Assembly: GCA_030141605.1 (NCBI GenBank)
Contig: JAQGDQ010000166.1
Span: 124,001 to 188,000 of the forward strand
Direction: 5' to 3'
Length of the DNA stretch: 64,000 nucleotides
Source: Tubiluchus corallicola
Taxonomy: Eukaryota; Animalia; Priapulida
Shown here piece after piece: positions 12,391 through 27,571 of the stretch (position 1 is its first letter; each line of letters starts with the position of its first letter). The notes beneath the pieces are model-generated. The model was not told the origin of the DNA and did not search any database. It worked only from the letters and a program-made list of their open reading frames with translations. The position numbers and the translations under genes are program-made.

Positions 12391-13033
12391 ACCTGCTCCG
12401 TCAACTTTCACGACCGTCAAGTTTTTCCCAACGAGTTATTTCCTGCCTTGGACTTTATAACAGGCCTATTCATTTAACAATTACATGGTTAATGAAGCGG
12501 TATAGAGGTTTCTTATACACAAACTTGCACAATTAAACTACAGAAGTAAAACTGTACTTAAGTTCTTTTAAGTACAGTTCTTTATACAGAACAAATAGTA
12601 ATTTGCTTACTTCGGAAATGAGTTTCCGACATAGGTCCTGACACGTTACTACTAGTGGCAACGTCAGTTTAAAATATTAATTATACGATACGTCGTTGAA
12701 TGAAATTAAAGAGCTATAGCAATTTGTCAATCTGTAGAAATAGTCAATATTCTCAGAAGACAGCCTGTAAATCGCTTTTTTTCCTTTTGTCTACGGCTCA
12801 CGTGGGAACTTTTATTTACCTATGCACAGGAAGCCACTTAATCACGTGTGTACACAGGAAGCCACTTCATCACGTCTATACTCCATACATAGTCATTTAC
12901 TTTTATTCTAAGAACATCTTAAGTAGATAATGCATATAATTATTTTGCTTATGATAAAACGTAAAAGAACTTGATTTGTTGTTAGAAAAAGAAATTGCAT
13001 TAATGAATCTGCGAGAAAATTATGTTATATTAA

Positions 13034-13352
13034 AGGAAAGGTCAAGTCTTTTGGGAGGTTGGGCTTATTTCAATGTTCGCGAAAAGTGCTGGAATGATTT
13101 AGTAATAAAAGTGTGATAAGCGTCTCGTGTAATTAGTAAAATCACGTTAAAGGCACGATCATTTCACAGTTGGACGCTCCAGTTTTGAATGCCCATTCTT
13201 CAAACAATGACGTCATTCATTGCTTGAAGAAAAGCAGCGCACTGTCAATTTCTATCAAAAGTATAACAAGTTTTTACAAAAAGTTTGGTGTGTCTAACTT
13301 GGCGATATTTTTGCATGATCATTAGGTAAGCTGCAGAAGTTTGAATTAGTTT
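13034..13352 (-). mobile_element. Family B, partial copy ending at a CTGT microsatellite
   Basis: TTAA|AGGAAAGGTCAAGTCTTTT; reverse complement of ~4600-4917. Confidence 0.75.
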
Positions 13353-14352
<1,000 letters not shown>

Positions 14353-15274
14353 GAATGTTGTACAGTAGCACTGTACTTCTATTTTCGCTTTCACTAACAC
14401 GTGCAATACGCTTAAGGAACGTTTGTGCTGTTAATTATTGTGTTCACTTGTAACGACATTACTTGCAGTGCTCGCTGGCCGTCAATTATGTTTTTATGCT
14501 ATCAGAAACACTTTGACATTGTCATAAGTGTTAAAATCTATACTTTTCTGCCATACGTCAAAACAGAACACGATATGAGAAATCACACCGTTTAACTTTA
14601 AATTAGAATTATCATTTTAAAAAAAGAAAAGTCTGAAATAATATATCTGATTTCATTCAATTGCCATGCATTACAGAGATTAGCTTAATTTTAGTTTTAG
14701 TTTATTTCCAAAATGCCATCAATACAACATTGTTACATATTTTACAAATAAGCTGTTCCTACAACAAAATAAAACAGAATTTAATTTCACCAGATATTGA
14801 TATATTGTCTCAGGCCAAGAAAGCAGTTCTTGTACAGAACTGAACAGAAGGCAAAATGGAAACAGAAGATGTAAAACTCAAAAAGCAAATAATGAAATAC
14901 ATGGGTGATAGTAAGGGTAAAGAAATGACAATGAAAATGATGGTCAAAATAACGATTCACATGAGAAAGGAAATAGAAACAGATGAATCTGCCGAGTCAG
15001 TGCAAAAATCAGTATGGAGTCACGCCAGGGATCACAACCTTGGCACTTCTTCTATATTTTGTTATAGGGATATTGATTTCCTTTGTCAACATGGGAATTT
15101 TTCTGTTCCTTTGTATTTGGATTTCTATTTATTGTGTGAAATGCTAGTGTGTAGAACTTCCTTGTTGGAGCTGTCACTAAGCTTACGACTAGGACACTGA
15201 TCTAGTAATTGCTGTCCTACCAGCTGCATGCTGTCGTACCAGCTGCACACTAGAAATGTCACCTCGTTGAAACA

Positions 15275-15510
15275 CTCTCAGTAACTCATTGGCACTCACT
15301 CAGTAAACTCTCTGACTATCTGATCAGTAAACTCTCTGACTATCTGACTAGCGCACACTCAGTAACTCATGCGCAGTCGCTCAGTAAACTCTCTGACTAG
15401 CTCACACTCAGTAACTCACTGGCAGTCACTCAACAAACTCTCTGACTAGCTCACACTCAGCAACTCACTGGCAGTCACTCAACAAACTCTCTGACATGCT
15501 CACACTCAGT
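15275..15510 (+). repeat. ~49-bp imperfect tandem repeat, 4-5 units
   Basis: Unit CACACTCAGTAACTCACTGGCAGTCACTCAACAAACTCTCTGACTAGCT. Confidence 0.8.
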
Positions 15511-16003
15511 CTCTGGCAAGGCAGTCTCTTGAACTGCCTTTAAATTTGACAAACTTGACTATTTGGAAGAAGTTATCTCTCTTCACACATCTGTTATCAT
15601 TGCAATATGTTTGGAACAGTGAAGTTAGAAAAATGAACCATCTTAAAAAAACTGGCATCGAACACCAAACCTGCTGTAAAATGATTTTCCCATAATGCAA
15701 TGTACTAGGAAACGATTGTTAAAGTGGCTGTTACCAAAAACTACAATAGCAACTTCTTTGTTATTCTTCTTCTTCATTCTTGTACGGCACATGACTAATA
15801 ACGATTACTGTACATTTACTGAAATGAGCTTATTTGTACCAGAACTGTATACATATATATATATGTATATATATATGTACATATGTATATAAAAGGAGTC
15901 AAAAACTGTATAGGTTAATATAAGCTTTTTTCGACTTCTTTATATTTCGAAATTAAACATGCATTGAACATTAACTTAAAGATATTTTTCAGGTTTCTCT
16001 TAC

Positions 16004-16147
16004 CTGTTCACTGGCGACGATTAGCGTGACTATGACGACAGTATAAATGATAACAAGAAGCAGCAGGGACCAGAATAGGGAATGTTTAAGTGAGATACAG
16101 TACCGTTCGTACAGTTCATTCATATCAACGTTTCGTGACTTGCTCAT
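16004..16147 (-). CDS. ADCY2: Adenylyl cyclase exon: N-terminal LYERY motif and TM1 (too short for the ORF track)
   Basis: 144 nt, phase 0-0, acceptor ttttcag and donor CAG|gtaaga. Translates MSKSRNVDMNELYERYCISLKHSLFWSLLLLVIIYTVVIVTLIVASEQ; ELYERY followed by a hydrophobic helix is typical of membrane AC N-termini. Confidence 0.87.
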
Positions 16148-16259
16148 CTGAAAAGTAACCAGAGAAAATCGTCAATAAAAAACGCACCGTCAAAAATTCG
16201 TCCGCCATTTTGGCGCATTCTCAGTTGCCAGACCCTGCCGGTATAACATATGAATTTCG

Positions 16260-16328
16260 AGAGAGAGAAAGAGAGAACAGGGAAGGGAAACAGGAAAGAG
16301 AGAGAGTTATAGAGTGAGAATAAAGGAG

Positions 16329-16413
<85 letters not shown>

Positions 16414-16422
16414 AGGGAGAGA

Positions 16423-16515
<93 letters not shown>

Positions 16516-16705
16516 GTGCTACTGTACAACATTCAGCGTAATATACACAAACACGGCAAATTTAAAATTTAAAAATCGAGTTTCAAGTCGTCGTCGTCAC
16601 CATCACCATCGTCGTCATCATCATCATCGTCATCATCATCATCATCATCATCACCATCAACGCCGTCACCACCATCGTCGTCGTCGTCGTCGTCATCATC
16701 ATCGT
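16260..16705. repeat. (GA)n tract 16260-16511 and (TCA/TCG)n tract 16587-16705
   Basis: Seen directly; a short family C fragment lies between them. Confidence 0.9.
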
Positions 16706-17539
16706 TGATTATTAAACTAGTTTTCTGCTAAAATTAAATGAAACTAAAAAACAAGTGAAGAAATGACGAAATCAAAGGAATTCAACATTGAATCCATTTT
16801 AATTTAAACCAGACGGTTTTCATGAGACCGTTTAGCTAAACTCCTGATAAAAACTGTGTAAAATAAGCTCCGCGTTGAGTTAAATGCTAGTTTGTTTTGA
16901 GTTAATTTGACGTGTGCTATCTCCAGCCCGCCAGGCGTCAGGTCGAACGGGAAATTGCTAATGATTGATCACACAGCTGCACGAACAACAGCTGTCTCGA
17001 ACAACAGAAAGTTGCGCAAACAAGAACAGCTGCAAAGTTTTTTAGCTGTAAATGTATTAGAGATGAAATAATTAGTGTACAATGTGATTTCGAAATGTTA
17101 AGAATAAATATTTTCATAAAATACGTGAAATTATAGCAGAGTTTTTGCATTACTGCGAATCAAAAACATCCACGGGCGCACTAGCTAATAGGCTAACTAG
17201 GCTATAGCCAAAATTTGAGGAGCGCCATGAGAAAAAATTCTCCTCAGAAAATGTGTATGCTTTCATATTCATGTAGTGGGCGCATTTTATAACACACCAC
17301 AAGCAGTTACTGAGCGCAGCTTTTATATAAGTGCCACATAACCAACAGGCGCAAGGTATTACACAACATGTAAATAAATACATGTAATTAATAATGACCA
17401 CTTAGAAAAATGAGGTTAATGGTTTTTGTAACACACCACAAGTAATTGTTTAATCTGCTGATTACATAAGCAACCATAAATTCGCAACAGAAATGGACAG
17501 AATTATCAGCCTAAGGCATCGTAAAGTCTTGATACGCCT

Positions 17540-17720
17540 TTGAAAATATCTGAGTAGCAAATTAAGTATTTGTCTCATATAAATAACTGTAGAAAGTACC
17601 TACGAATGTATGTACGTAATTACTTATGTAGTTCTATATTGTACAAGTATGAAAATAGAAAACTTGACTTAGCGCCTCACTAACCACTTAATGTGTTGAA
17701 TGAATAAGACCCGGTATAAA
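17540..17720 (-). mobile_element. Unclassified dispersed repeat E (also 40090-40268 on +, diverged at ~12450-12620)
   Basis: GAGTAGCAAATTAAGTATTTG...GTAGAAAGTACCTACGAATGTATGTAC is the reverse complement of ~40195-40260. Confidence 0.7.
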
Positions 17721-18240
17721 GTCATTTGAAATAAGTTTAAATAACACTGAGTAAAATTTGAAAAAAATAATCAGAGCATTCGTAGCACACACGTCACTTG
17801 CTAAGTAAAATTTAAAATTACAGTATTTCGTCAATAAGATTAAGAATACGTTTTTTTTTGGTTCACGAGTGGTGCACCCTGAAAGGCGAGTCAAGGACAT
17901 TTTACTAAGCTGGTAAAAACGTTTTACATAATTAATAATTTTCTTTTCTAGTTACCTAAGTCTTTCAAGCAGATAAGCGAAATCCTAAGTAATATAGATT
18001 TGCGTGGAAAGTTTTTCTGGGCATAATTTAACGTTTTCTTTTCTTCCCCTGATTTATGTTGTGCATATATGACGTCATGTAATGGCGCGGTCGGAACAGT
18101 ATTGCGGGAAATTTAAAATTAAAACAAACAAAAAATCCTTTCAACGCGCTCACGATATACGCCTAAAATTGCTGTAAAGTAATATAGCTCTTTAAGGCAA
18201 TTTTTCTGAAACCTACTTCTGGTACCCCTTTTCTTGTCCT
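17720..18240 (-). mobile_element. Family A copy, right end truncated
   Basis: Reverse complement of ~730-1220; terminus ...GGTACCCCTTTTCTTGTCCT. Confidence 0.8.
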
Positions 18241-18402
18241 TGAGGTATCCCTGAGGTTCACAGACAGAGTCACACATAAGTTACACCAAGTTGCCCTGTT
18301 AGCCAGTTCTTAACATCTACGGGAAACATTAAGAGCATAATGTTCATTTAATGAGGTAGAGCAAGAATTGTTTTTACTGATTTTTCAAATCAGCTATTAA
18401 GG

Positions 18403-18403
18403 T

Positions 18404-18435
<32 letters not shown>

Positions 18436-18516
18436 CCTCCCTCCCTCCCTCCCTCTCCCTCTCCCTCTCTCTCTCTCTCTCTTTCTCTCTCCTTCCCTCC
18501 CTACCTCTCTCCCTCT

Positions 18517-18562
<46 letters not shown>

Positions 18563-18575
18563 CCTCCTCTCCTCT

Positions 18576-18623
<48 letters not shown>

Positions 18624-19205
18624 CCTCCCTCCCTCTCTCCCTCTCCCCCCCTCTCTCTCTCTCTCTCTCCCTCTCTCTCTCTCTCTCGTTCTCTCTCCCC
18701 CTCTCTGCACTTCGCTTTCCATACTGTTTATTAACTTATCAATCTAAGCCATGCTAAGCAAGCAAATAACTTGAGAATTTTTAACTAACTTGATTATAAA
18801 ATGCAAGAAGTTTTGCTAGTAAATTGAATAACTGCATGATCAAATACAGTTTATTTAAATTGGTAAGAAATTACTTTTATAATTTGCCCAAATGGAGATG
18901 AGAAACCCTCACTGAGAGATTTTAATGCACAAGTTACCTAGTAAAACCGAGTTACTTTGCTTCATTGGTCAACAACCATTTTAAGCCACTCTTATCTAAA
19001 GGCAATGATGATGATAATTATGATGATGATGACGATGACATTGATGATGACTATGACTATGACGATGATGACAATGATGATGATACTGATCATGATGATG
19101 ATGATGATGATGATGGTGACAATGATGAAAATGATAATGATGATAATGATGATGATTACGATGATGATGATGATCATCATCATCATGATCATGATGATGG
19201 TGGCA

Positions 19206-19237
<32 letters not shown>

Positions 19238-19244
19238 GGTGACA

Positions 19245-19283
<39 letters not shown>

Positions 19284-19374
19284 GTGATGGTGACGACGAC
19301 GATGATGATGATGATGATGATGATGACGACGACGACGATGACGACGATGATGATGATGATGATGATGCTGATGA

Positions 19375-19408
<34 letters not shown>

Positions 19409-19545
19409 GACATTGATGATAATGATGATGGTGATGATGATGATGATGATGATGATGATGGCGATGGCAATGATGATGACGAGGAGGAGGAGAAGGAAAA
19501 CAGCAACAATGACGAAAACGATGACGACAATAACGATCGTGACGA
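18403..19545. repeat. (CT)n tract 18403-18705 and (GAT)n tract 19003-19545
   Basis: Seen directly. Confidence 0.95.
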
Positions 19546-20059
19546 AAATAAAGCAGAAGGGAGAAAAGTGAAGGTGAAGGGAGAGAGAAGCAACGGGACA
19601 AAACGCCCCCTCACGTAAGGGAAGTGACAACAATAAAGGCATACTGTCATTTGACACGGACGACAACCAGGCTAGGAGAAGCAGCCATGTTATGAGTACG
19701 CCCTCTAGATTAAGCAAGGTGTAAAATTTGACGAGTAAAACGAGAATAACAATATCACCTTTAATGTAATATGGCCGCTGTAAAATTTACGAGGCTGGTG
19801 AAATGGCGGCTATTGATGGCAAAGAAACGAAGACACGCGAACTTCTGTGCCGCGTGGCTTTTACTGCCGTCACGCTGGTGTCATTAATCATTTAAAGCGT
19901 TCGTGAATAAAAGCGGCGTTTGTTCATTTAATGACGCCAACAACAAAAATAACTGCACGCATAAATTATGAAATGAGCTTTTTGCGGTAGCGGCAAGCAA
20001 ATTGTTAATTAAAATCAAAATTATCATTTAAAAATGGATCTATTCTAATGAGTTCAAAA

Positions 20060-20747
20060 AAGCACAAGAAAACTGTCTTCACATATAAAACTTGAAAAAC
20101 TCGCTTTAAAATTTTATACTACTTACATGCCGTCTTATTCTATACAGGGCTTGCTTGTGCTAGTAGCAACGATGTTAAAAAATGAAAATTTAAACTTCCG
20201 CGATGATCGTTATATCGCAGCCATTTGACGGTAAGTCGTTTGAAACAAGTTTAGATAACACTGAGTAAAGTTTGAAGATATAGTCAGAATATTCGTAGCA
20301 CACACGTCGCTAACTAGCAACAGTATAAATTACTTTTTCTTGTCAATAAGATCAATAATGGTTTATTGGTGAGCCAGTGGTGCACGCTGGGATACTGAAA
20401 CAACAACGTTTCACCAGTTGGCGCAAACGATTTTCTTTTTCAACAACACAAGCCTTTCAAATGCTAAACAGTACAAGTATGTATGAATTTTTTTGGGGAT
20501 ATGTTTTATTGTCTTTTCTTCCCTATTACGGAAAGCCACGATTCGCTTACGAAAACTCACGAAAGTCTCCCAGTTATGTAAATTGTCTGGTGAATGGCGG
20601 CAACGCCTGAAAATTTCTATTCAGAGGTAGTATAAACTAACTTTATTCTTTATAGACAATTTTTGTGAATTTCTTTGTTATATTTTTCCTAAATTTAAGT
20701 GGTAACAGTAAAATAAACCCAACATGCTAAATGTCTTGTCTTTTCCT
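20060..20747 (-). mobile_element. Fused family A-variant (~20060-20500) and family B (~20527-20747) fragments
   Basis: Starts AGCACAAGAAAAC (A right end) and ends TCTTGTCTTTTCCT|TTAA (B left end). Confidence 0.65.
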
Positions 20748-20809
20748 TTAAAACATGATTGTCATAAGACGTCTACGTGGTGGATGGTAGACTTACTCAG
20801 AACAGTTAA

Positions 20810-21478
20810 AGGGCGTCAAAAGGGTTACCCTGAAGCAGATTTCAGAAAAACCTTAAAAATCGCTTTGAAAAATTATATTACTTTACGGCAATTTTATGCG
20901 TATGTCGTACTCGCGTTGAAAGGAATTTATGTTTGTTTTCATTTTAAATCTCGCGCAATACTGTTCCGATGGCGCCATTACGTGACGTCATATGCGCACA
21001 ACGTAAATCGGGGGAAGAAAAGTAAATGTTAAGTTATGTCCCAAAAAACTTTCCATGCAAAGTTATATTACTTAGCATTTCACTTACCTGCAGGAAAAAC
21101 TTATGTAGCAAGAAAAGAAAATTTTGGTAAAATGTCGCCCTCTAGTGTGCACCACTCCCTAACCAGAAACGTATTTTTAATCTTATTGGCTAGATACAGC
21201 CATTTAAAATTTTACTAAGTTAGTGACGTGTGTGCTACGAATGGTCTGATTATTTTTCCGAACCTTACTCAGTGTTATCTAAACTTGTTTCAAATGACCT
21301 ATCGTCAAAATGGCGGTCATGGCGGGAGTTTAAATTTACATGTTTTATAGAGCGTTACTGTATGTACAGCGTTACAGTAGTCGATTGAAGTCCTGTATGT
21401 AAAAAGGCAGTATGTAAGTGGCATTAAATTTCAAGACGAATTTTTGAGCTTTATGTTTATGAAGGGGTTTTCTTGTGT
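20810..21478 (+). mobile_element. Family A, full copy
   Basis: TTAA|AGGG...CCTGAAGCAGATTTCAGAAAAA ... GGGGTTTTCTTGTGT; colinear with 730-1380. Confidence 0.8.
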
Positions 21479-21690
21479 TTACAACTGTCGGTATGCATGA
21501 GTTATCTCTCCATAATTACACATTTGCTATTATAAATAGCTGCTCGTACTGTGAAGTCTTGAATCGTTTCACTAGGATAAGCAATTATGGAATTTGTAAG
21601 CGCCTTAAATCCATGAAGCCAGCATATGCGTTAGCAGAGGTGGCTAGCAATACAGTTTCAGGTAACACGTTACCTCTTGCTTTCCTAATT

Positions 21691-21902
21691 GAAGCTAAAG
21701 TTTACAATTCTCCACACACAAGAAATTAGTTCTTGAAACGGATTAGAGTTAGGGTTAGGATTAGGATTAGGGCTAGAGCAAGGGTTAGGGTAAAGGTTGG
21801 ATTAGGGCTAGGCTTTCATTAGGGTGAGAGTTGGATTAGGGTTAAGATTAGGGATAGGGTTAGGGTACCTAAATTTTTGGGGGAATTGTAAACTCTGTCA
21901 CT
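21691..21902. mobile_element. Small TIR element enclosing a degenerate (TTAGGG)n tract
   Basis: AGTTTACAATTC (21699-21710) and GAATTGTAAACT (21883-21894) are a perfect 12-bp inverted pair around TTAGGG-like repeats at ~21740-21866. Confidence 0.6.
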
Positions 21903-22067
21903 AATTTCTTGCAAATGTTTCATCACACAAAAGCTATCTCTCGTTTTTGTCTCTAATCTAAGCCAGCTTGTTTACTGATGCTTTTCAGTTCACTGCCGTT
22001 CACATCACATCAGTTCTATGGTGATGAAAGAATTAATGCTGTTGGTCTCAACCTTTGAACTGGATCC

Positions 22068-22405
22068 TCTTCTCTTTTCTCTTTTTTCGCTTTTCTTCCT
22101 ATCTTCTCTCTCTCTCTCTCTTTCCTTCTCTCTCTCTCTTTCCTTCTCTCTCTCTCTTTCTCTTTCTTGCTCTTTTTCTTCCTTTCTCTCTCTCTCTCTC
22201 TTTCTCTTTCTCTCTCTCTTTCTCCGTCTTTCTCTTTTTCTTACTATTTCTCTTTCTCCTTTGTTTCTCTTTCTCTATTTCTCTCTCTTTCTCTCTTTCT
22301 TGCTCTCTTTCTTCCTTTCTCTCTCTCTCTATCCTTTCTTTCTTTTTTCTCTTTCTCTCTCTTTCTCTCTCACACACTCTCTCTCTGAGTCTTTCTCTCT
22401 CTTTC

Positions 22406-22445
<40 letters not shown>

Positions 22446-22561
22446 TCTCTCTAGCGTTCCCCACTCTCTCTCTCTCTTTCTTTCTCTCTATTTTTCTCTC
22501 TCTTTCTCCTTCTCTCTCTTTCTCTCTCTTTCTCCTCTCTCTTTCTCTCTGTCCCCCTCTC
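22068..22561. repeat. CT-rich microsatellite
   Basis: Seen directly. Confidence 0.95.
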
Positions 22562-23212
22562 TAATGTAATTGAAAACTTTATTTTCAGTAGAACGACCAG
22601 AAAAACTTAGGAAAACTCGACAACTTTGTTTGCAGATATACCAGGTGCAAAACTTAGATAACCGAAAATCGAAAAGCAATCCATCATAGTCATTCACGTA
22701 AGAACTATTGCTCAGTTCAAACATAACGGAATAGATTATAAGTTATCAGATCTTCTTTGGCAAGCACCGATTTAAACAAACGGCGCGTTCAGACTAGCGA
22801 GCTTTTTGACGCGAGTTTTCTCTCTGACAGCAAACTTTTAAGTGTTTACAGTTTTGCGAGTTACTGTCCGCAAGTTTTTGCAAACTCTCCAACAGTTACT
22901 GCGAGTTGATTTACTGTCTAGTGTGAACGCCTCGGCGAGTTACTCTGGACATTTCTCACAGTGAATAAAGAAGTGAGTGTCAGCTTGAGCTGACTGTTGG
23001 AGAGTAACTCACGGCAAATTTTCTTTCCTACTCTGAACACTCTTGCGAGCTACCTGGCGAGTTACTTGACGAAAAAAAACATTCGCGTCGTTTCGTTTGA
23101 TAAAAAGTTTGGTTTATTTTATTTCTAATTAACATTTCAAGCTTTTAAACATCGTTTTGCAACACACTAAATTTCACCAAGTCCTTTCTTGAAGCCATAC
23201 AACAGCACTTAA

Positions 23213-23788
23213 AGGAAGACAGGATGATTTTTCATGCCATTTTCAAGTCCGATAGAAAGTACACATTTTAACACAATTAATACTGCAAAAGCTTCTGATA
23301 ATTAAATAATAGATTAAAAACTTTGAGTTAACATCAGGCGAGCCCAACTATTGATGACATCACAAACTAACATATTTTCAAAAGCAAAAATAATCCACGA
23401 GCGTGTTGTACGTATTTGTGAAAAAGAAAATTGAAGTACAGTGCTACTGTAAGATATTCAGTGTGTTGTACTAAAACTAGGCAAGTTTTAAGATAAAATT
23501 CAAATCTGTACTCACGCATGAGCTGTCGAACGTGTGTAGGTTCGTCATAAACTAACACATCTGAACTGAGAGGTACAGCACCTTTTATGTGCAATGTGTT
23601 TCCGAAATGCAGGCACTTGTGCCCGTCTAACTACCAAATGGTGAAATGCATGTAACAGCGAAGAACTAGTGGCGCGAACGTGAAATTGCGTTTGTGTGGT
23701 AATAATTCTTTCACGTAAGTCATTTTTGAAAAAATAGCTTCCCGTAGATTTTTTTGACCTGCAGTTTAAGATTGTGTCCGGTTTTGCT
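23213..23788 (+). mobile_element. Kolobok-like MITE family C, full 576 bp copy
   Basis: TTAA|AGGAAGACAGGATGATTTTT ... AAGATTGTGTCCGGTTTTGCT|TTAA; core GAAGTACAGTGCTACTGTAAGATATTCAGTGTG. Confidence 0.85.
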
Positions 23789-23844
23789 TTAAAGTCGCGA
23801 TTTAACACTGAGTAAGATATGTTCGACAGGGTATTCAATTTTAC

Positions 23845-24160
23845 CAATTGGCACGAATATTTTAAATTATTATTTCTTGTCACATAAGTCTTTCAAGCAG
23901 GTAAGCGCATGGCTAAGCAATATAACTTTGCATGAAAAGTTTTTTTGGGACACAGTTTAACATTTCCCTTTTCCCCTGATTTACATTGTGCGTATATGAC
24001 GTCAAGTAATGGCACAGTCGAAACAGTATTTCGAGAGAAATGAAAACAAGGAAAAAATCTTTTCAACGCGAGTACGATACATACATAAAATTGCTATAAA
24101 GTAATATAATTTCAAGGCAATTTTTCTGAAACCTACTTTAGGTACCTCCTTTCTTGTCCT
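23845..24160 (-). mobile_element. Family A, left half
   Basis: Ends AAACCTACTTTAGGTACCTCCTTTCTTGTCCT. Confidence 0.75.
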
Positions 24161-24489
24161 CTAATACCGAGTAAGATATGTTCGATAGCATATTCAAAAT
24201 TAGTACTGCACCCTTGAAGCATAACTTTTTACATGCTCCGGTTAATCTACTACAGGCTCAGATTTTTCATTTGGCGTCTTACCGTGAATTAAATTACCCT
24301 CCACTTTCATTAAGCACTCTTGTTTCCAATTGATTTGCTTCAGTAAATTACACCATTTTCAACCCAATTTTAACACTAATAATTCTGGAAAAAGGATTGA
24401 GGAAATTTATTGTCCAGCAACGGCTGTTATTATGTGAACACATTGTTACTGCTGCTGTATGTAAACAAGTGGAAACAGAAACATTTGTC

Positions 24490-25058
<569 letters not shown>

Positions 25059-25430
25059 TTGATTTGTTGAAACCTCATCTCTCGCGATCTTACTTCCAGT
25101 TTGAAATCGAACACATAAATATTTGCAAATCTTGAATGGCCATGGCTTCACCATCATTGTCCGATTAATTGTCCTAGATGCTGTAACACGTAATGACAGG
25201 TAAGGTAATTATAAAGCAAGGCATTTATTTCCATCAAAGCAAGTGATAATTATTTTTATGCTGGATTAATTCACTCATTTTCCTTTAATTAAATGCATTC
25301 TAATCAATAAAAAGGTAGACCCGGCTTAAGGGTAGATTAATGGTGATAGGACAATGCTTGGAATTAAGCAAAGAGAACAGCAGTTCACTGATGCAAGGTA
25401 AGCTGTATAAGATCTGCGCCACACACTTGA

Positions 25431-25954
25431 AGGAAGACAGGATGATTTTTGTATACTACCTCATTTTCAAGATAAAACACGATTTAGTACTGCAAAAGCG
25501 TTTCTGATAATTGAATAATAGATTAAAAACATAATTAACGGTGGCGAGCCCAACTATTGATGACATCACAAACTAACGTAATTTTCAACAGCAAAAACAT
25601 TCCACGAGTGTGTTGCACGTGTTTGCGAAAGAGAAAATTGAAGTACAGTGCTACTGTAAGATATTCAGTGTGTTGTACTAGAACTAGGCAAGTTTTAAGA
25701 TAAAAATTCAAATTTGAAATTTACCGCTGTAGTCACGCATGAGCTGTCGAACGTGTGTAATTTGTCACAGACAAACACATCTGAACTGGGCGGTACACCA
25801 CCTGTTTTTTGTGCAATGCGTTTCCGAAATGCAGGCGCTAGTACCCTTCTAACTAGGGAATGGCGAAATGTGTTTGTGTGGTAATAATTCTTTCACGTAA
25901 CTTTAAAGAGTCGATTGTTTTGACCTACAGTTTAAGATTTGGTTCGGTTTTGCT
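25431..25954 (+). mobile_element. Family C copy
   Basis: TTgA|AGGAAGACAGGATGATTTTT ... GGTTCGGTTTTGCT|TTAA. Confidence 0.85.
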
Positions 25955-26190
25955 TTAAATCAGCGAAACTTAAACACAGAAATACGTTTTAAAAACCCTA
26001 AAAATACTTAAATGAATAAAGTTTTCATTGCCTTGACGGTCTTTGACATTTTATACGTCGAAGCTGATGTTATTAATGTTGAAGCAGCTCATAACTTACA
26101 CACAGACAATGAGGTTTTTGAGTGTATTATTACTGAAATATATAATGGCAGCAGTAATCAGAATCGCAACTGTATTGTCAATCTTACTCA

Positions 26191-26390
26191 CGATGATGAT
26201 GACGACGACGACGACGACGATGACGATGATGATGATGATGGTGAAGGTGATGATGACGACGATGATGATGATGACGACGATGATGATGAAGGTGATGATG
26301 ATGATGATGATGACGACGACGACGACGGCGGCGGCGGCGGTGGTGGTGGTGGTTGTGGTGGTGGTGGTGCTTGTGATTGTGACGATGATA
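26191..26390. repeat. (GAT)/(GAC)/(GGC)/(GGT) compound microsatellite
   Basis: Seen directly. Confidence 0.95.
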
Positions 26391-27063
26391 AGAAAGAGGA
26401 AATAAAGAATCACAAAATAAGAAGGAAAAGGCAGTACGGAAAAGAAAAATTGTGTGTTAGACACCATACAATGAAGAAAATGTAAACAAAAATTAATACA
26501 AAAGTTGGTCACCTTTGAAGCTTGCAAGTGCCAAGATAAATTATCAAAAAATTACAGCAGAGGAGGTGCTTTTCATTCTGCAAGAAAGAGCGAATAAAAG
26601 TGAAATTACTTCCGGCATTAAAGAGTTAAATATGCTAATAAGACAAGTGTCAGTTGCACGCGTCCTGTTACTATAGCAACAGAGATGGGAAATCAGGACT
26701 AGTAATGTCGTCCGGCAGACTCCTTAAAATTCTCGAAGTACAAATGCGATTTCATTTATACTGAAACAGAGTTACAGACGTACTTGATTGTACGAGAGGA
26801 AAATGGCTTCAGTGAGAAGTGGCTTCATCGAACAGATTCCAGTCGTGTCCACTAAATCAGTCTATTAGCTAAGCCATCAGCAGACATTGTTAAAGTTTTA
26901 AAGAGCGTGAACTATGAAAACACCAAGTGAGCGTAGAACAGTTGACTTAACGCCCTTCGATAAACATCAATTACCAAGATAAATACGATAAGATAGCAGA
27001 CGAGGTAACGATCTCGCTAACTAACTTCAAGCGCTCGATCTTGTGTAAAGTTGGCATCGTTAA

Positions 27064-27571
27064 AGGGAAAGTCAAGCCTTTTGGGAAGTCAGTATTTGCG
27101 AGAAATTGATAGTAATAAAAGTGTTATAAGTGCCTCGTGTATTTAATAAAATCACTTTAAAGACACCATCATTTCGCGCTTGGGTGCTGCCATTTTGAAC
27201 AAACGTTCTTCCACCAATGACGTCATTCACCGGCTGAAGAAAAGCAGCACACTTGTCAATTTCCGTCAAAGGTATAATAAGTTCTTACAAAAAATAAAAT
27301 AACTAATTTTGTGATTTTTTAAAGTGAACATTAGGTAAGTTGCAGAAGTTAAGCAGGGTGCGCGATGAGCTAAGAAAAAGTCACGAAGTCCACCAATGAC
27401 GTCATGATTTTCAAGTGAATGGCTGCTGTACCTGAAAATATCTATACAGAGTCGTATAAATAAACTATAAGTTTTATAGACAGTTTTTTGCATATTTCTT
27501 AGTTACAGCTTTCTAAGTTTAAGTGATAACAATAAATTAAACACCGCGTGTTAAGTGAGTTGTCTTTTCCT
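27064..27571 (-). mobile_element. Family B, full copy
   Basis: TTAA|AGGGAAAGTCAAGCC ... GAGTTGTCTTTTCCT|TTAA. Confidence 0.85.

Noticed and set aside
18957-19717. Poly-Asp/poly-His/poly-Met ORFs (similarly 26012-26527, 41353-41875, 50816-51152)
   Set aside because: Triplet microsatellites open in several frames at once, with no splice or codon evidence.
22782-23060. Harbinger-like MITE (GGCGCGTTCAGACTAG / CTAGTGTGAACGCC)
   Set aside because: An imperfect inverted pair is visible, but boundaries and TSD could not be fixed.
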